A stretch of 61,354 bases of DNA from Heterodontus francisci. Lineage: Eukaryota. The stretch covers positions 14,421,591-14,482,944 of the forward strand of contig NC_090416.1 of the NCBI RefSeq assembly GCF_036365525.1. Reading direction: 5' to 3'. Each line of letters opens with the position of its first letter. The first letter of the stretch is position 1. This document shows positions 1 through 12,994 of this stretch, piece after piece. Below the pieces are notes generated by a model that worked only from the letters and a program-made list of their open reading frames with translations, was not told the origin of the DNA and did no database searches. Made by a program: the position numbers and the translations under genes.

Positions 1-270
1 CCTCCTTTTTTCTCCCTCCCTCCCTCCCTCCCTCCCTCCTTTTTTCCTTTCCCCCCCCACTCTCTCCCTCCCCATTATTTTTTTATTCTCTCCTTCTACG
101 TTTTCTTTTCTCATTCCCTTTTGCTCTTGATTTTCTCCTCTTCTCTCCCCTTCTCTAATCTTGTTCCTTCCTTCTCTCTGATTTTCAGTTGTCCTCTTTT
201 TTTTTTTCTTACCCCTTTCTCTTTGATTTTCTTTTTTTCTTCCCTCTTTATTGATTTTTCTTCCCACCCT
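1..270. repeat. Polypyrimidine/polypurine low-complexity tract
   Basis: Almost pure C/T on the + strand (CCCT and CTTT runs). Confidence 0.85.
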
Positions 271-1439
271 TTCTGGTTCCAACTCATCAGTCTTGTCTCA
301 TCCTGTTGCACTCTGACTAATGGGAAAAGATTTAGTTGTTGCCTGAAAGTCTGGAACAGAATGAATTGCTACCAGAGAAGATTATTATTTTTAAAGAAAT
401 TGTCAAATAATTTGTTTGCATTTGATTTAAAAAAAAAGAATGCACATATTGCTTATTTTCGCCAGCCAACGTTGAAATCGCTTTACTGATTATATTCTTG
501 AAGGGGGAAAGGTTTGCTGGGCTGTGGGCAGGGTCATGATGGGCTGAGCGGCCCCATGTGCTGTATGCGGAATTTGTGTATGCGTTTATATTTTCAAGTC
601 AGTTGTCGTGTGAACCTAAGATAGTGACTGTCGGCAGGCCTTTTGACCATGCGGGGCATCGTAGGCGAGCCTGCTGCTGTTGCCCACTCTGACTGTACGC
701 TGTCTTAATGAGCTGGAATGTGATCAGGACCCTCAATTATTCCCTTCCACTTTCCTTAGCCTCAGGCTAAGCCGATTGTCATGTCAGTAAATGAGCTAGT
801 CACCTGCTTTTTCTGCAAGGAGCGTTTATGGGGTGTGTTGCCAGATAACTAGCCCGTTTTTTAAAAAAAACTAGAGCGGAAAGTTGAACGGCAAGAGAAG
901 ATTATGGCTTTGACTCAGATAAACTGACATGCTTAAGACTGGTGATGGGACCTTAGAAATCCACTGCAAGATAGTATGGTGCATTTACACAGAGGCAGAG
1001 GGGTATGGAATTTCATAGGTAACCAGGAATGTTGCAGTTGGTGTTGGCTAGTGTTTTTTTTTGTATAAGTAAACTTTTGGGATCCTTCGTGCCATTCTTA
1101 TGGAGAAGTTGCTCTTTGCAATAAGAGTCTGTCAACTTGAAAGGCAATCTTCTGGCTCATGTGCCTGAGCACAGCGCTAGACAGTCATAGAACCGCTGCC
1201 TGCACCCCCACTCCCCGGCCTGTTGCTTATTTGATTAAATAAGTGCTGTCAAAAGTTTATCCATTGGGAAGACCCAGTGCTGGCTTCAAGGGCTTTGTGG
1301 TATTGCAGTTTCAAACAGGAAGACCTGGTGGCGATTTTGTTAGAACCAGGAAGGCCCATTATGTTGCTGTGTGTGTGTGTCGTTCGGCGTTGCCACTTGT
1401 TACATTGCAGTACTATCCGACATGCGAACCATTGCTGAC

Positions 1440-1785
1440 ACAGTGCATGTTGGTGCTGAGCCACCTGGTATTGTCCAAATGCTGTATTAACACTGTCCTC
1501 AGTTGTTCGTCTTGTAGATGGGACGTTAAATCAAGGCCCCCGTCTACCCCTCTCGGGAAGCTAAAAGATCACGTGGCCATTATTGGAAGAAGAGCAGGGT
1601 GCAGTTTTTGCAGTGTCCTGGGGCCAATATTTAATGCTGTGGGTCATTATCACATTGCTGTTTGTGGAAGCTTGCTGTGTGCAAACTGGCTGCAGTGTTT
1701 CCTACATTCCAACAGTGACTACACTTCATTGGCTGTAAAGCGCTTTGGAACATTCTGAGGTTGTGAAAGGCCACAGAAGTGCAAG
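1440..1785 (+). mobile_element. Deu-domain SINE (SacSINE1/AmnSINE1-like) fragment
   Basis: Deu-core motifs GACGTTAAA..AAAAGATC..GAAGAAGAGCAGGG..CATTATCACATTGCTGTTTGTGG..ATTGGCTGTAAAGCGCTTTGG, shared with many copies in the window. Confidence 0.75.
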
Positions 1786-2679
1786 GTTTTTTTTTTATTT
1801 ATTCATTTTTCCAGGAAGTAAAATGTCATATGATGCCTTTTCTCATTGCAGTCAGGAGATGGTGGTTACTGTCCAAATGACTAGTGGTTAGCAAAAAGTT
1901 GATTCCTTTTTATATATTTAAAAAAAAATTGCTCAGGGTTACAAGACAGTAATGTAGTTCAGGGGATGTCGGTGACCTGTTGAATGGAATGTGCCATTTA
2001 ATGTGAAAAGTGTAAGATTGCACATGTTGCCCTTGCCAGTTAATGTCAGTTGTCAAAAAATGGAGAAAGATTCGCAAGCAATTGACTGCACTGTCTGAAG
2101 ACATGGGACAAAAATTACAATATGTTTTTATCCCAGTTAGATTAGAATTCGATAACTACTTGAAGGTGGAAAGGGTGGGCAAAGGGAACTAATTGGATAG
2201 CACTTTCAAAGAGCCAGCACAGGCATGATGGGCCAAATGGCAGCCTCCTGTGCTGTATTCTACAAATTTGGAATGGTTAAATAATTACAATAATTGTTTG
2301 CATCTGGAGAGAATTTGATGTCAGAAGAGTACAACGCACCCATAAAGGCATTGGTGGACTGAATCATATTTAAATAAAACTTGCAGATGATTCCAGGACT
2401 CCTGAGAAGTTGTAAGGATTGATTGACTAAGCTGGTCTTGTTGGAGTAAAGCAGACTTCTTTGCAATTTTCTCCCTGGGTTTGGGGTTGGGGATAACTTT
2501 TGCTGGGTACAATTCCATAGCTGTCTTTTTAGTATCCTGCCAGGAGACCATTTTTAATGTGTGAGCCAATGGATGTTGCAGATTACACACCTGTTTTACC
2601 TTTAAGGTTTAAATTTATTTAAAAATCTTTTTTGATCTTGTCAAAGGGAAAAGAAAGGATATCCAGCATAGCTTGCTAA

Positions 2680-3095
2680 CCTACATTGTCTCCAGGGTCA
2701 AGCAATGGCATGATTTTAAAATTCTCAATTGTTGTTTTCAAATCCCTCCATAGTCCCGCTCCCTTCCTGTCTCTGTAATCCCCTCCAGCCCTCAGCTCTC
2801 TGCACTTTTCCAATTCTGGCCTCTTGAGCATCTCCGATTTCCATCGCTCTACCATTGGCAGCTGTGCCATCAACTGCCTAGGACCTAAGCTCCGGAGTTC
2901 CCTCCCTACACTTCTCCACCTCGCATTCCTCCTTTAAGACACTCCTTTAAACCTATTTCTTTGACCAAGCTTTTGGCCATCTGCCCTTGTATCACCTTAT
3001 GTGCCTCGGTGTCTAATTTTTCTTTATAACGCTTCTGTGAAGTACTTTGGGATGTTTTATTATGTTAAAGGCTCTATATAAATATAAGTTGTTGT
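2680..3095 (+). mobile_element. L2-like LINE 3' fragment
   Basis: L2-type 3' sequence (CTTTGACCAAGCTTTTGG..CTATATAAAT..AGTTGTTGT), also seen at 4600-4810, 6640-6875, 49615-49870 (-) and 54060-54410. Confidence 0.7.
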
Positions 3096-3950
3096 AGGGT
3101 GAAAGTATGACACATACAGGACATGATCAAAATCAAGCATGTATACAGAGCAAGAGCGAGAACAGATGATTAAGATCTGAAAAACAGACATGAGAGGAAA
3201 GTATGTGCAGAGAGAGAGATATATAGGGTTACGGAAAGAATTAGATGAGCAGGAATGCACAAATTACAAATGTTAATTTTTTCCACTGTAATCAGGAAAT
3301 GAACAAGTGCTAGTTACCCGAAACTATAACTAAATACAGGATGTGAGTATAAAATTGGCAAGGCTTAACTGAGGTAGATACTAAGAGAATTCAGACTCTT
3401 GTTTTTTCCCCCCCAGCTCCATATCAATCAGCTTCATTAATCCATGCCAGCAGCTCCTGGTAGCTGTTATTAGATTTTCACCTCACGCAAGGTGATGTTT
3501 GGAAAGACCATTTAAATTTTGGTTTTGCAGCCTTAAAGAGAGAGGGCTGTGAGGGGAACTTGTAGAGCTATGTAAGACAGTTATTGGGTATAGAAATGAC
3601 AAGTCCAGAACATTATTTCAAGTTGAAACTGAACAATCAGACAAGGGGACGCAGATTGAACTACGAAGAATAAAACATGCTTCCAAGTAGAGTAGTGGAG
3701 GTTAAAACCATGGGATTAGTTAAGGCAGAAGCTGCGACTTGTGGGTCTTTCTGGATTGGGGATCTAAGATGGGCTGGAGACCTTTCAGGTTATGCTGAGG
3801 CATGCTATACAATGCCACTCAATTGTCACTCCAACTACAGGTCCGAGGAGTTCGTGGATTTCTTTGTCACGAAGATTGAGATCATCCGATCAGCTGCCTC
3901 TACCACTCCCCCCACCCTTCCCCTAACCCACTGGGCCAAACTTCCGCTAA

Positions 3951-3987
3951 GGTTCTGATGAAAGGTCACAGACCTGAAACATTAACT
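3951..3987 (+). ncRNA. Minimal hammerhead ribozyme motif (degenerate stem III)
   Basis: GGTT-CTGATGA-A-AGGTC/ACA/GACCT-GAAAC-ATT-AACT: CUGANGA and GAAA cores, 5-bp stem II, stem I GGTT/AACT. Confidence 0.6.
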
Positions 3988-4080
3988 CTGTTTCTCTCCA
4001 CAGATGCTGCCAGATCTGCTAACTGCCAGCATTTTCTGTTCTTACTTCAGATTTACAGCATCTGCAATGTTTTGCTTTTA
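3951..4080 (+). mobile_element. Short Penelope-terminus derivative with hammerhead motif, inserted in an L2-like element
   Basis: Homologous to the terminus of the Penelope at 45199-45297; flanked by a ~14-bp near-perfect duplication TTCC(G/T)CTAAGGTTC (3942-3955 and 4081-4094). Confidence 0.75.
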
Positions 4081-5949
4081 TTCCTCTAAGGTTCCCCCAT
4101 TCCCTAGCCCTGAACTTGCTTCTTTCTCTAGTTTCTCTCCTCTTTCCCCTCACGCTCTCTCCTAGCTCATCTTGTCTGTGAAACCCTCGATCCTATTCTC
4201 ACTGAACTGCTGACTACTGAGTTGCTCTTCCTGGCTCCCCTGTTAACCGATGCTGTTTAACGGTCCTTTATCCTTACGTACTGCTCACGCACCCCCCCCC
4301 CCCCCCCCAACTTCTTCAAATCTACTGTCATCACCCTCTCAAACCAATCCTTGACCCCTCCATCCTTGCCAACCCCTCTTTTGTCTCCAAAGTCCTTCAA
4401 TGTATTTTTGCCTCCCATGTTCTGGAACTCCACATTTGAATCCCTCACGCCAGGTTTCCATCCCTGCTACAGTACTGAAATGGTTCTTATCAAAGTTACA
4501 GATGACATCCTATTTTGACTGACAAAGGTAAGTAGTCCCCTCCTTGTCCTTCTCGTCCTGTCTGCAGCCTTTTCCATAGTTGATCACACCATCCTCCTCC
4601 ATCATTGTCCAACTCTGGACTTGCCTCTCTCGACCTCTCTGCCTTTCTCTCTTTCTGTCCTCCTGTAAGACATTGCTTAAAATCTACCTGTTAGACCAAG
4701 CTTTTGGTCATCTGTCCTAACATCTCCTTTGTGGCTTGGTGTCATATTTTGTTTTATAACGCTCCTGTGAAGCGCCTTGGCAGGTTTTACTAGTTAAGTT
4801 GTTGTTGAGTACTTTATTACTTAATTTACAATTAAAACACCTGGAAAAGTTTTATTTTAAGAAAAGCAAACTTCTTGACTTTTCACCCAATTTTCTTCAA
4901 CTCCACATTTTCTCTAATTTTCCAGAGTCTGTCGCCTTTTCACTTTTTTCTATCATTTTATTTTTACACTGAGCATCTTCATTATTTGACTGATTTTGCT
5001 GGGGTCCCACCATTCCTTTTAGTGCTTGGCCCCTGGGTTATAAATGCTGGTTTCTAATTGGCTGAAAGCCAACCCTGAATGTTGGATTTTCCAGCCAATC
5101 AAGGACCAGAAATGTAAGCTTTTCGATGAAATGTTACAGAAACATTGCTGTTGGTTGAGTCATTTTGGCCCTGGCCCAGCAGTCTGCTCACATCCTCCTA
5201 CAAGAACTTGCTTCGGTCTCTTATCTACAAGGAGTCAGATAAGTGAAGAGGAGATATGGCTGCCGTTTGACAGAACACTGCCTGAGATACACTGAAGACT
5301 GTAGGAATGGAGTACAGCCCGTCTGTGATGAATAATACAAAATATTTAAATTTGATTTCCTCAAATTTTTAACCACGGAGAAAAAATTAACCGATTGTTA
5401 ACGATACTGCGGACTGTACGTGGTCTGCTGGGAGGAGTTTGTTAAATGAGTCAAATGGCATGCCCTTGTTCTCTTAAACATCAATATCTAACCTCCTTAA
5501 AATAAAAAGATAAATTTCCAAATGCTGGAATTGCACGGATGAAGAATTAGTATCCATGAAGAGTAAAGGCAGGTTAGTTGATTTTATCCCTCCCCCCTTA
5601 TTCTCACTCAGTTTATTTAGGCGATCCTGCTGAAGTGCCAGTCCATCTTTCAATCTTCAGTCCTGATAAGGGATAGCTATCTAACCTGCTGTATAGTTCC
5701 AGCATGTTCTGGTTTCATTCTAACACTATACTATAGCCATGCAGTCGATCCCTGGAAGTATTGCTCAGTTTTTGTCTGAAACCTCTCAATGGGTGACTTC
5801 TATATTCTAGGGAGCCCAGTCCCTTCAGTTATGTTTATTGAAATCTGTAATTTGATTACAGCAATGTTCTTTGTCTGGTGGAACCTGCTAGATAGACCAA
5901 AATAGTTATTTTCCGCGCTATGCATTCTTTGTATGTGCATATAGTCTAA

Positions 5950-6365
5950 AAGAATTGCATTTGTATAGTGCCTTTCATGACAGCAGGCTGTTCCAAAGTG
6001 CTTTACAGCCATCGTACCTTGGTAGTTGAGTCACTGTTGTAATGTAGGAAACTTGGTAGCCGATTTGTGCACAACACTGTGATAATGACGAGATAATCTG
6101 CTTTAGTAATGTTGATTGAGGGGTAAATATTGGCCAGGAAATTGGGGAGAACTCTCCCACCCTCCTTCCTGCAGTGGCCATGGGATTTTTTTATGTTCAC
6201 CTGAGAGAGCAGACAGGCCGTGTGTATAACGTTTCATTCAAAAAGGTAGCATTGCCAGATTTGCTGCACTCCCTTGGTACTGCACTGAATTGTCAGTCAG
6301 GATTATGTGCTCAAGTCTCTGGAGTGGGGTTCGAACACACAACCTTCTGACTCGGGCTAAAGTGC
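5950..6365 (-). mobile_element. Deu-domain SINE, near full length
   Basis: Reverse complement has a tRNA-like head (GAGTCAGAAGGTTGTGTGTTCGAACCCCACTCCAGAG), the Deu core and an L2-like tail. Confidence 0.8.
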
Positions 6366-7849
6366 CACAGCTAACATTTTTTTTAGTTCATCTTAGTGGA
6401 GAGGAGCTATAACACGGCCACTCAAAAATAAGCTGCACTAAGGAAGTTGACAAAGATACTCGCTACAGTGTTTTGAGATGGAGGGATAAAAACGCAGATG
6501 TTACTCGCAAGCTGCTGTTTCATTGCTTTTCAGCTCATCAAACTGGTATTTCCAAACATGCTAGAGGCCTCCAATCTGAGGCACACAGAAGTACCAAAAA
6601 AATTACCACTGGACAACCAAGCGCATTGTCTTTGATGGATTTTAAGTGCTCCAGCATTGGCGGCCATGTCTTTAGCTGCTTCGGCCTTAAGCTCCGGAAT
6701 TCCATCCCTAAACCTGCCTGCAACTCACTCTTCCTTTAAGCTGCCCCTTGAAACCTACTTCATCTATTCTAATATCTCCTTATGTGGCTCAGTGTCCAAT
6801 TTTGTTAATGTTCCTGTGAAATGCCATGGCATGTTTTTACTATATTCAAGGTGCTATAGAAATGGCAAGTTGTTGGTGACTGGATGGTTATAGTATGCTT
6901 TGTGAGCAGAGTGTATTTTCAGATCATGTCATAGCCTTGACTTATGGATATTTCTATTCATCTCTGTTGGCTACTTGCCATGTTTTTCTGCATTGCTTTG
7001 GTTGATTACTGATCATAGTTCTGCCCTACATGTAGAAGACATGATGCTTGCATTCAGCTGCCTTTTCTTTTTGGAAATGGCACCACAATTCTATGCCATT
7101 CATGTTACTGCAAGCTGAAAATATAAAATCTGACAACACTTCCCTTCCCCTGTATAAGTGCTATCACGAGAATTTCAGTTAAGGGTAATATGTGGCCATT
7201 CTTAATGCTCATACTGCATGGAGAAATGCCCAGCAATACAACTCTGCTTCTAAAGCTGAGTTGTGTCACAGGCCTATCTCTGGTAGTGACGGGAGCATGT
7301 TGTGATGAAGGATTGACTACTACCTCATACAAGAGGGATATAAAAGTATGATTTATTCCCCCCTGTAAGTGTACAGTAAATTTACCTCATGCTACTACTG
7401 TTGGCATGAATATTCGTGACCTAGCTGGACTAGAATTAAAAAATCACATTTAGCCCATCACTATAAGGGTTACAGAACCAGGGCATGTAGATGGAGTTAA
7501 GATACAGATTAGCTATGATCTAATTGAATGATGATACAGCCTTGAGGGTCTGAGTGACCTATGTTACTATGGTCCCTCATTTGCCAGCAGATCCAGAAAC
7601 ACGTAATGGAAGTGACTAGTCTTCTGCTGGGTTGAGGCAGTTTACAGCTATGGTACTGACTGTGACAACACTGAAAGTTCTGCTTTTGGTACAGATGAAG
7701 TTCAAAATTTGGAGTTTTCTTTGAATCTGCTTTGAGACTTGCTTCTTGACTTGCTGGTGAAACCAGTAACATCAAATATCTGAATCCTTGCTCGAGTGTG
7801 CACTACTCAAAAGGCTGGTCACAGTATGCATTGCTAACAATGGCTACTC

Positions 7850-8720
7850 TTCTGGCCCCTGTAACATTACTTCTGCTCCCCAATGATCTATCCTTGCCCC
7901 CATTGTTGCCTGTTCCTCATCTATATGCTGCCCCTTAGTGATATCGTCTGAAGACATGGGGTCAGCTTCCGAATGTATGCTGAAGGCACCCAGCTCTATT
8001 TCACTATTACATCTCTCATCCCCTTCACTGCTTTTGTTGTCAGATCGCTTGTCCCACATCCAGTCTTTGGATGAACTGCAGTTTCCTCCAGTTAACCAGT
8101 ACGATGACGGAAAAAGACCTTTTGTCCCATCACAAACTCTGCACCCTTGCCACTGAATCCAACCCCTGTGTGACCACTGTCTTCAACTGAACCAGATTCT
8201 TCTCCACCTTAACATCCTGTTCAACTACAAGCTGAGCTACCGATCCCATATCCACTGCATCACAAAGACTGACTCTATAACATCTCTTTGTCAGCTCACC
8301 TGCTGCTGAAACTGTTATCTGCGTACCTTTGTCACCTCCAGAGTCAACTATCTCAAAGCTCTTTTGGGTGTCCTCTTAACGGCAGACTTTGTAAATGCCA
8401 GCTTGTTTCTGTATCCTATTCCATGTCGAGGTGCTTTCACTCATTGCTGTTGTCTTTGTTGAGCTACATGGCTCCAGGTGTCTCAAAGGCTCCAATGCAA
8501 AAGTGTCAATGTCGTATTTAAATTCCTTCATGGTCTTGCCCCTTCCTATCTTTGCAGTGCTCCAAGAAATCTCTGTTCCTGCAATTCAGGCCCCTTGTGC
8601 ATCCTCCACCTTCCCTTCACCCCTCCATTTTTGCCTGAGTTTTTAACCGCCTAAGCCCATGCTCTGAAATTCCTTCCGAAACCCTTCTGTCATCATCTCC
8701 TTTTAAGACCATCTGTTTGG
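7850..8720 (+). mobile_element. Decayed L2-like LINE ORF2 fragment
   Basis: Degenerate RT-region sequence (CCCCAATGATCTATCCTTGCCCCC..ACCCAGCTCTAT) and an L2-type 3' part. Confidence 0.55.
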
Positions 8721-9939
8721 TTTTCTCGCAAAGTTGACATTTCTATTTTTGTAATCTGAGAAGATCCAATCGCATCATAGCCATCTGAACCACTCCCATT
8801 GAAGACGCTAGAAATCAGGGAGCTGTGGGTGGCTGGGTACAGGGGCAAAAATAAACTTTCTTCAGACCTGGTCCTGTCCATGTATAGCAGGCAAATCACA
8901 TTCACACAAACCCTCCTGCTGTAAGCACCGGGGACTGTACTTCGTGCTGGGCTATGGGATTATTCGGTGTGCTGTCCAATCTGAGTATCTAGCCTGATAC
9001 TCCAACTAAAAGATTTAAATTCAATCTCCACTTTGATGGAGTGTTCGAATAAATGTTTTTAAACTTTTTAAAAGAATAAATCACTGTGATGGTATTTTTT
9101 TGAAATAAATGCACTTTTAACAAAAGAAGAAATCATGCACTCTTTAAAACGAGCAGTTGTTATGACTTTCTGCTTTAGCATTATATAGACTAGTGGTCTT
9201 ATAGCACCCTTTTGCAACAGTTAAGAATCGTCTTTCTGCCTGTTTCCTCTCTCTGAAGGGCCATGTGAAGTTTAGTGCATTAAAGGTGCCATATAAATGC
9301 AACTTGATATTGGGCTTGCAATCTGCCACCGCCTGAATGATGCGTCTTAGTGCATCAAACCACTGTTGCGCCTTCCTTTAAAAAAATTTCCCCCAGAAAT
9401 ATTGATGAATTTCATTTTAGTCCTTCTCCATATGACTCATTGTTTTTTGGTTGAACAGGAAAGGAAGTCCCTGGTTTGAAGAACTCCTGTGTGCAATTGC
9501 TGAAGGTTGTAATTTTTTTTTTAAATTCCCCTGGTGCATTCAAAATATCTGGAAAAACAAGCCTAAGTTTTGCACAAACAGCATTTCATGACTCCAATTT
9601 TCTCATCACATCACAGTTACTCTTGGAACAGTTTCCCAAACCTCCCTTCACAGGAAATTGTGAGGACTGCTTCTGGCTCTAATTAAATTTGCACTATATT
9701 TTAGTTTGGAGGCAGCTAGTGTGATAGTCAGGCACAGTTCTTCTACACCTTCACTGCTCTGAAGGTGAAGGCAGGGAGTTTTCAACTCAGATTTGGTGTT
9801 TACTCACATAAGCACTTTTATTGTCTTTTGGTGTAATTATCTTCAGTGGGATCTTCTGCAGTGCTAATAGTCTCTGGCCAGAGGTAGAGTGGCTGATCTG
9901 CTCCAGCGCTAAGACTCTGAGAACATAACCATAAAATAT

Positions 9940-10500
9940 AAGAGCAGGAACGTTATGCCGGCGCTGTACAAAAGCACTAATGAGGCCACAGTGTGCAGTT
10001 CTGGTCACCACGCTATAGGAAAGATGTGATTGCACTAGAGAGGGTACAGAGGAGATTTACAAAGATGTTGCCCGGACTAGAGAAATTTAGTTATGAGGAA
10101 AGATTGAATAGGCTGGGGTTGTTTTCTTTGGAACAGGGGAAGCTGAGGGGAGACCTAATTGAAGTGGATATGAGGGTTCTAGATAAGTAGATAAGAAGGC
10201 CCTGTTCTTCTTTGTTGATGGGTTCATAACCAGAGGGCATAGATTTAGTGCAAGAGATAGGAGGCTTAGTGGTGATTCAAGGAGAAACTTTTTCACCCAG
10301 AGGGTGGTGGGGATCTGGAACTTGGTGCCTGAAAGGGTGGGAGAGGCAGAAACCCTCATGACATTTAAAAAAACACTCGGATATACACTTGAAGTGTAAG
10401 GCAATAGACCAAGAGCTGGAAAGTGGGATTAGGTTATCAGCTGGTGTGCACACGATGGGGCAAATGGTCTCCTTCTGTGCTGTAAATTTCTGTGGTACTA
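9940..10500 (+). mobile_element. CR1-clade LINE 3' fragment
   Basis: Encodes [28 protein letters not shown], the typical CR1 ORF2 C-terminal part; followed tail-to-tail by a minus-strand CR1 end (10510-10830). Confidence 0.85.
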
Positions 10501-11053
10501 TGCTACCAACATAAGAAATAAGAGCATGTGTAGGCCATTTAGTCCTTCAAGCCTGCTTTGCAATTCAATATGATCATGGCTGACCTACCTTAATTTCATC
10601 TTACCCTGCTATCCCCATATCCCTCAATTCCCTTTGTGTCCAAAATCTATCGATCTCAGTCTTGCATATATAATCGACTGAGCATCCACAGCTCTCTGTG
10701 GTGGTGAATTCCAAAGATTCGCTACTGAGTGAAGAAATTTCTTCTCATTTCAGTGCTAAATGGCTGATGCCTTATTCTGAGATTGTAACCCCTAGTTCTA
10801 GACTCTGCAGCCAGAGGGATCATCCTCCCAGCATGGGTGCTTTTTTATTGTAGGCGTGCTGCCAACAGCAGGCTTGTGGCCATAAATGATGCTTTCTTAA
10901 GATGGAATTTATGCCTACAAATATTGGGCTCACGAATCTGCTATTGGTTAAAGGAAGAAAACTTGCATTTATTTTGGTAATCTTGGGTCGTCCTGAAGTA
11001 CTTCACAGCCAATGGAAGTACTTTTGAGATGTCTTTGTTGATGTAATGTAGGA

Positions 11054-11245
11054 AACAAAAACAAGAAATGCTGGAATCACTCAGCAGGTCTGGCAGCATC
11101 TGTGGAAAGAGAAGCAGAGTTAACGTTTCGGGTCAGTGACCCTTCTTCGGAACTGACAAATATTAGAAAAGTCACAGATTATAAACAAGTGAGGTGGGGG
11201 TGGGGCAAGAGATAACAAAGGAGAAGGTGCAGATTGGACCAGGCC
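11054..11245 (-). mobile_element. Penelope terminal-repeat derivative nested in a Deu-SINE
   Basis: Reverse complement matches the Penelope terminus at 45100-45297; interrupts a minus-strand Deu SINE (10960-11053 and 11250-11500). Confidence 0.75.
11118..11154 (-). ncRNA. Minimal hammerhead ribozyme motif (best-preserved copy; U4C core variant)
   Basis: Minus strand reads AGTT-CCGAAGA-A-GGGTC/ACT/GACCC-GAAAC-GTT-AACT: perfect stems I and II, palindromic ACGT stem III. Confidence 0.65.
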
Positions 11246-11775
11246 ACATAACCCTGGTTTGCACACACCATGATCTCAGAATGTCTATTGACCATCTGTT
11301 TCAGTGACTTTGACTTGATGGAGACCAGTAGAACTCTCCTGCTAGTCTTTGATAGATTCATAGTGATCTTTTACATCTACCTGAGAGAACAGATAGGGCC
11401 TCAGTTTAATGCCTCATCCAAAAGATCTCAGCCAGTACAGTCATGCACTGATGTGTCAGCCTAGATTACGTTCCCAAGTCTCCGAGGTAGGGCTGGAATC
11501 CAGTGAGGTAATTCAGTGAGCCAAGATTGAATGCTCTGATCCTGCAAAAGAAACATGTCAAGTGGGTCCCTCCTGCTTACAGTTTACTAGTGTATTTCCA
11601 ATGGCTTTTCCCATTTAAAAAGCAAGGACAAATCAAATTTCCACCATTGGTGCTGGTGTAGGTGTAGCTATGACGATCTGAAGCTTATGAACCTCCATTA
11701 GTGGTAGAGGTGTGCAGCTCCACAGAATGGTGATGCCAAAATAAGGAGTGTGCAACATGCATTGCAAATTTCATA

Positions 11776-12878
11776 CATAGAACTATCGAAAAATTATGGC
11801 ACAGAAGGAGGCCATTCAGCCCATCGTGTCTGTGCCGGCTGAAAAAAACTAGCCACCCAATCTAATCCCACCTTCCAGCACCTAGTCCATAGTCTTGCAG
11901 GTTACAGCACTTCAGGTGCAGGTACAAGTACCCTTTAAATGAGTTGAGGGTTTCTGCCTCCACCACCGTTCCTGACAGTGAATTCCAGACACCCACCACC
12001 CTCTTGGTGAAAAAGTTTTTTATCATGGCCCCTCTAATTCTTGCACCAATCACCTTAAATCTGTGCCGACTGGTAATTGACCTCTCTGCTAGGGGAAACA
12101 GATCCTTCCTGTCTGCTCCATCCAGGCCCCTCATAATTTTGTACACCTCTATTACGTCACCCCTCAGCCTCCTCTGTTTTAAGGAAAACAACTCTAGCCA
12201 ATCCAATCTTTCCCCATAGCTGCAACTTTCAAGCCCTTGCCACATTCTTGTAAATCTCCTCTACTCTTTCCACAGCAATTATGTCCTTCCTGTATTGTGG
12301 TGACCAGAAACTGTACGCAGTACTCAGCTGTGGCCTATCCAGCATTTTATACAGTTCCAGCATAACATCCCTGCTTTTGTATTCTATACCTCAGCCAATA
12401 AAGGAAAGCATTCCATATTCCTTCTTTACCACTCTTATTTACCTGTCCTGCCACCTTCTGGGACCTGTGGACATGCACTCCAAAGTCTCTCACTTCTTCT
12501 ACCCCTCTCAATATCCTCCAGTTTATTGTGTATTCCCTCGCTTTGTTTGCCTTCCCCAAATGCATTACCTCACATTTCTCTGGATTGAATTTCATTTGCC
12601 ACTTTTCCACCCACTCAACCAAACCATTGATATCATTCTGGAGTCTACGGCTATCCTCTTCACTATTAACTACATGGCCAATTTTTGTGTCATCAGATTT
12701 CCCAATCATGCCTCCCACATTTAAGTCCAAATCATTAATATATACCACAAACAGCAAGGGACCCAACACTGAGCCCTGTGGAATGCCACTGGAAACCGCT
12801 TTCCATTCGCAAAAGCATCCATCGACTACTACCCTTTGTTTCCTGTCACTGAACCAATTTTGGATCCAACCTGCCACA
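11776..12878 (-). mobile_element. 5'-truncated CR1-clade LINE (RT region to 3' end), inactivated
   Basis: ORFs 12347-12883 (SGIPQGSVLGPLLFVVYINDL, FADD motif damaged to SDD) and 11862-12245; possible TSD TTCATA at 11770-11775 and 12879-12884. Confidence 0.9.
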
Positions 12879-12994
12879 TTCATATAAAATCAGTTTCCCA
12901 TTGCACTTGGGAGTTGAGACCAATTGAAGCTTGATTAGTGGAGGAGGAAAAATTGGGTCAGGGCGAACAGTTGTGATTCAGTTAAAAGTCCAGC

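Noticed and set aside
111-489. ORFs 111-311 (-) and 121-489 (+)
   Set aside because: Products of the CT-rich low-complexity tract; no recognisable domain.
1243-1758. 171-aa ORF
   Set aside because: Runs through a Deu-SINE, starts at a non-ATG codon, no coding signature.
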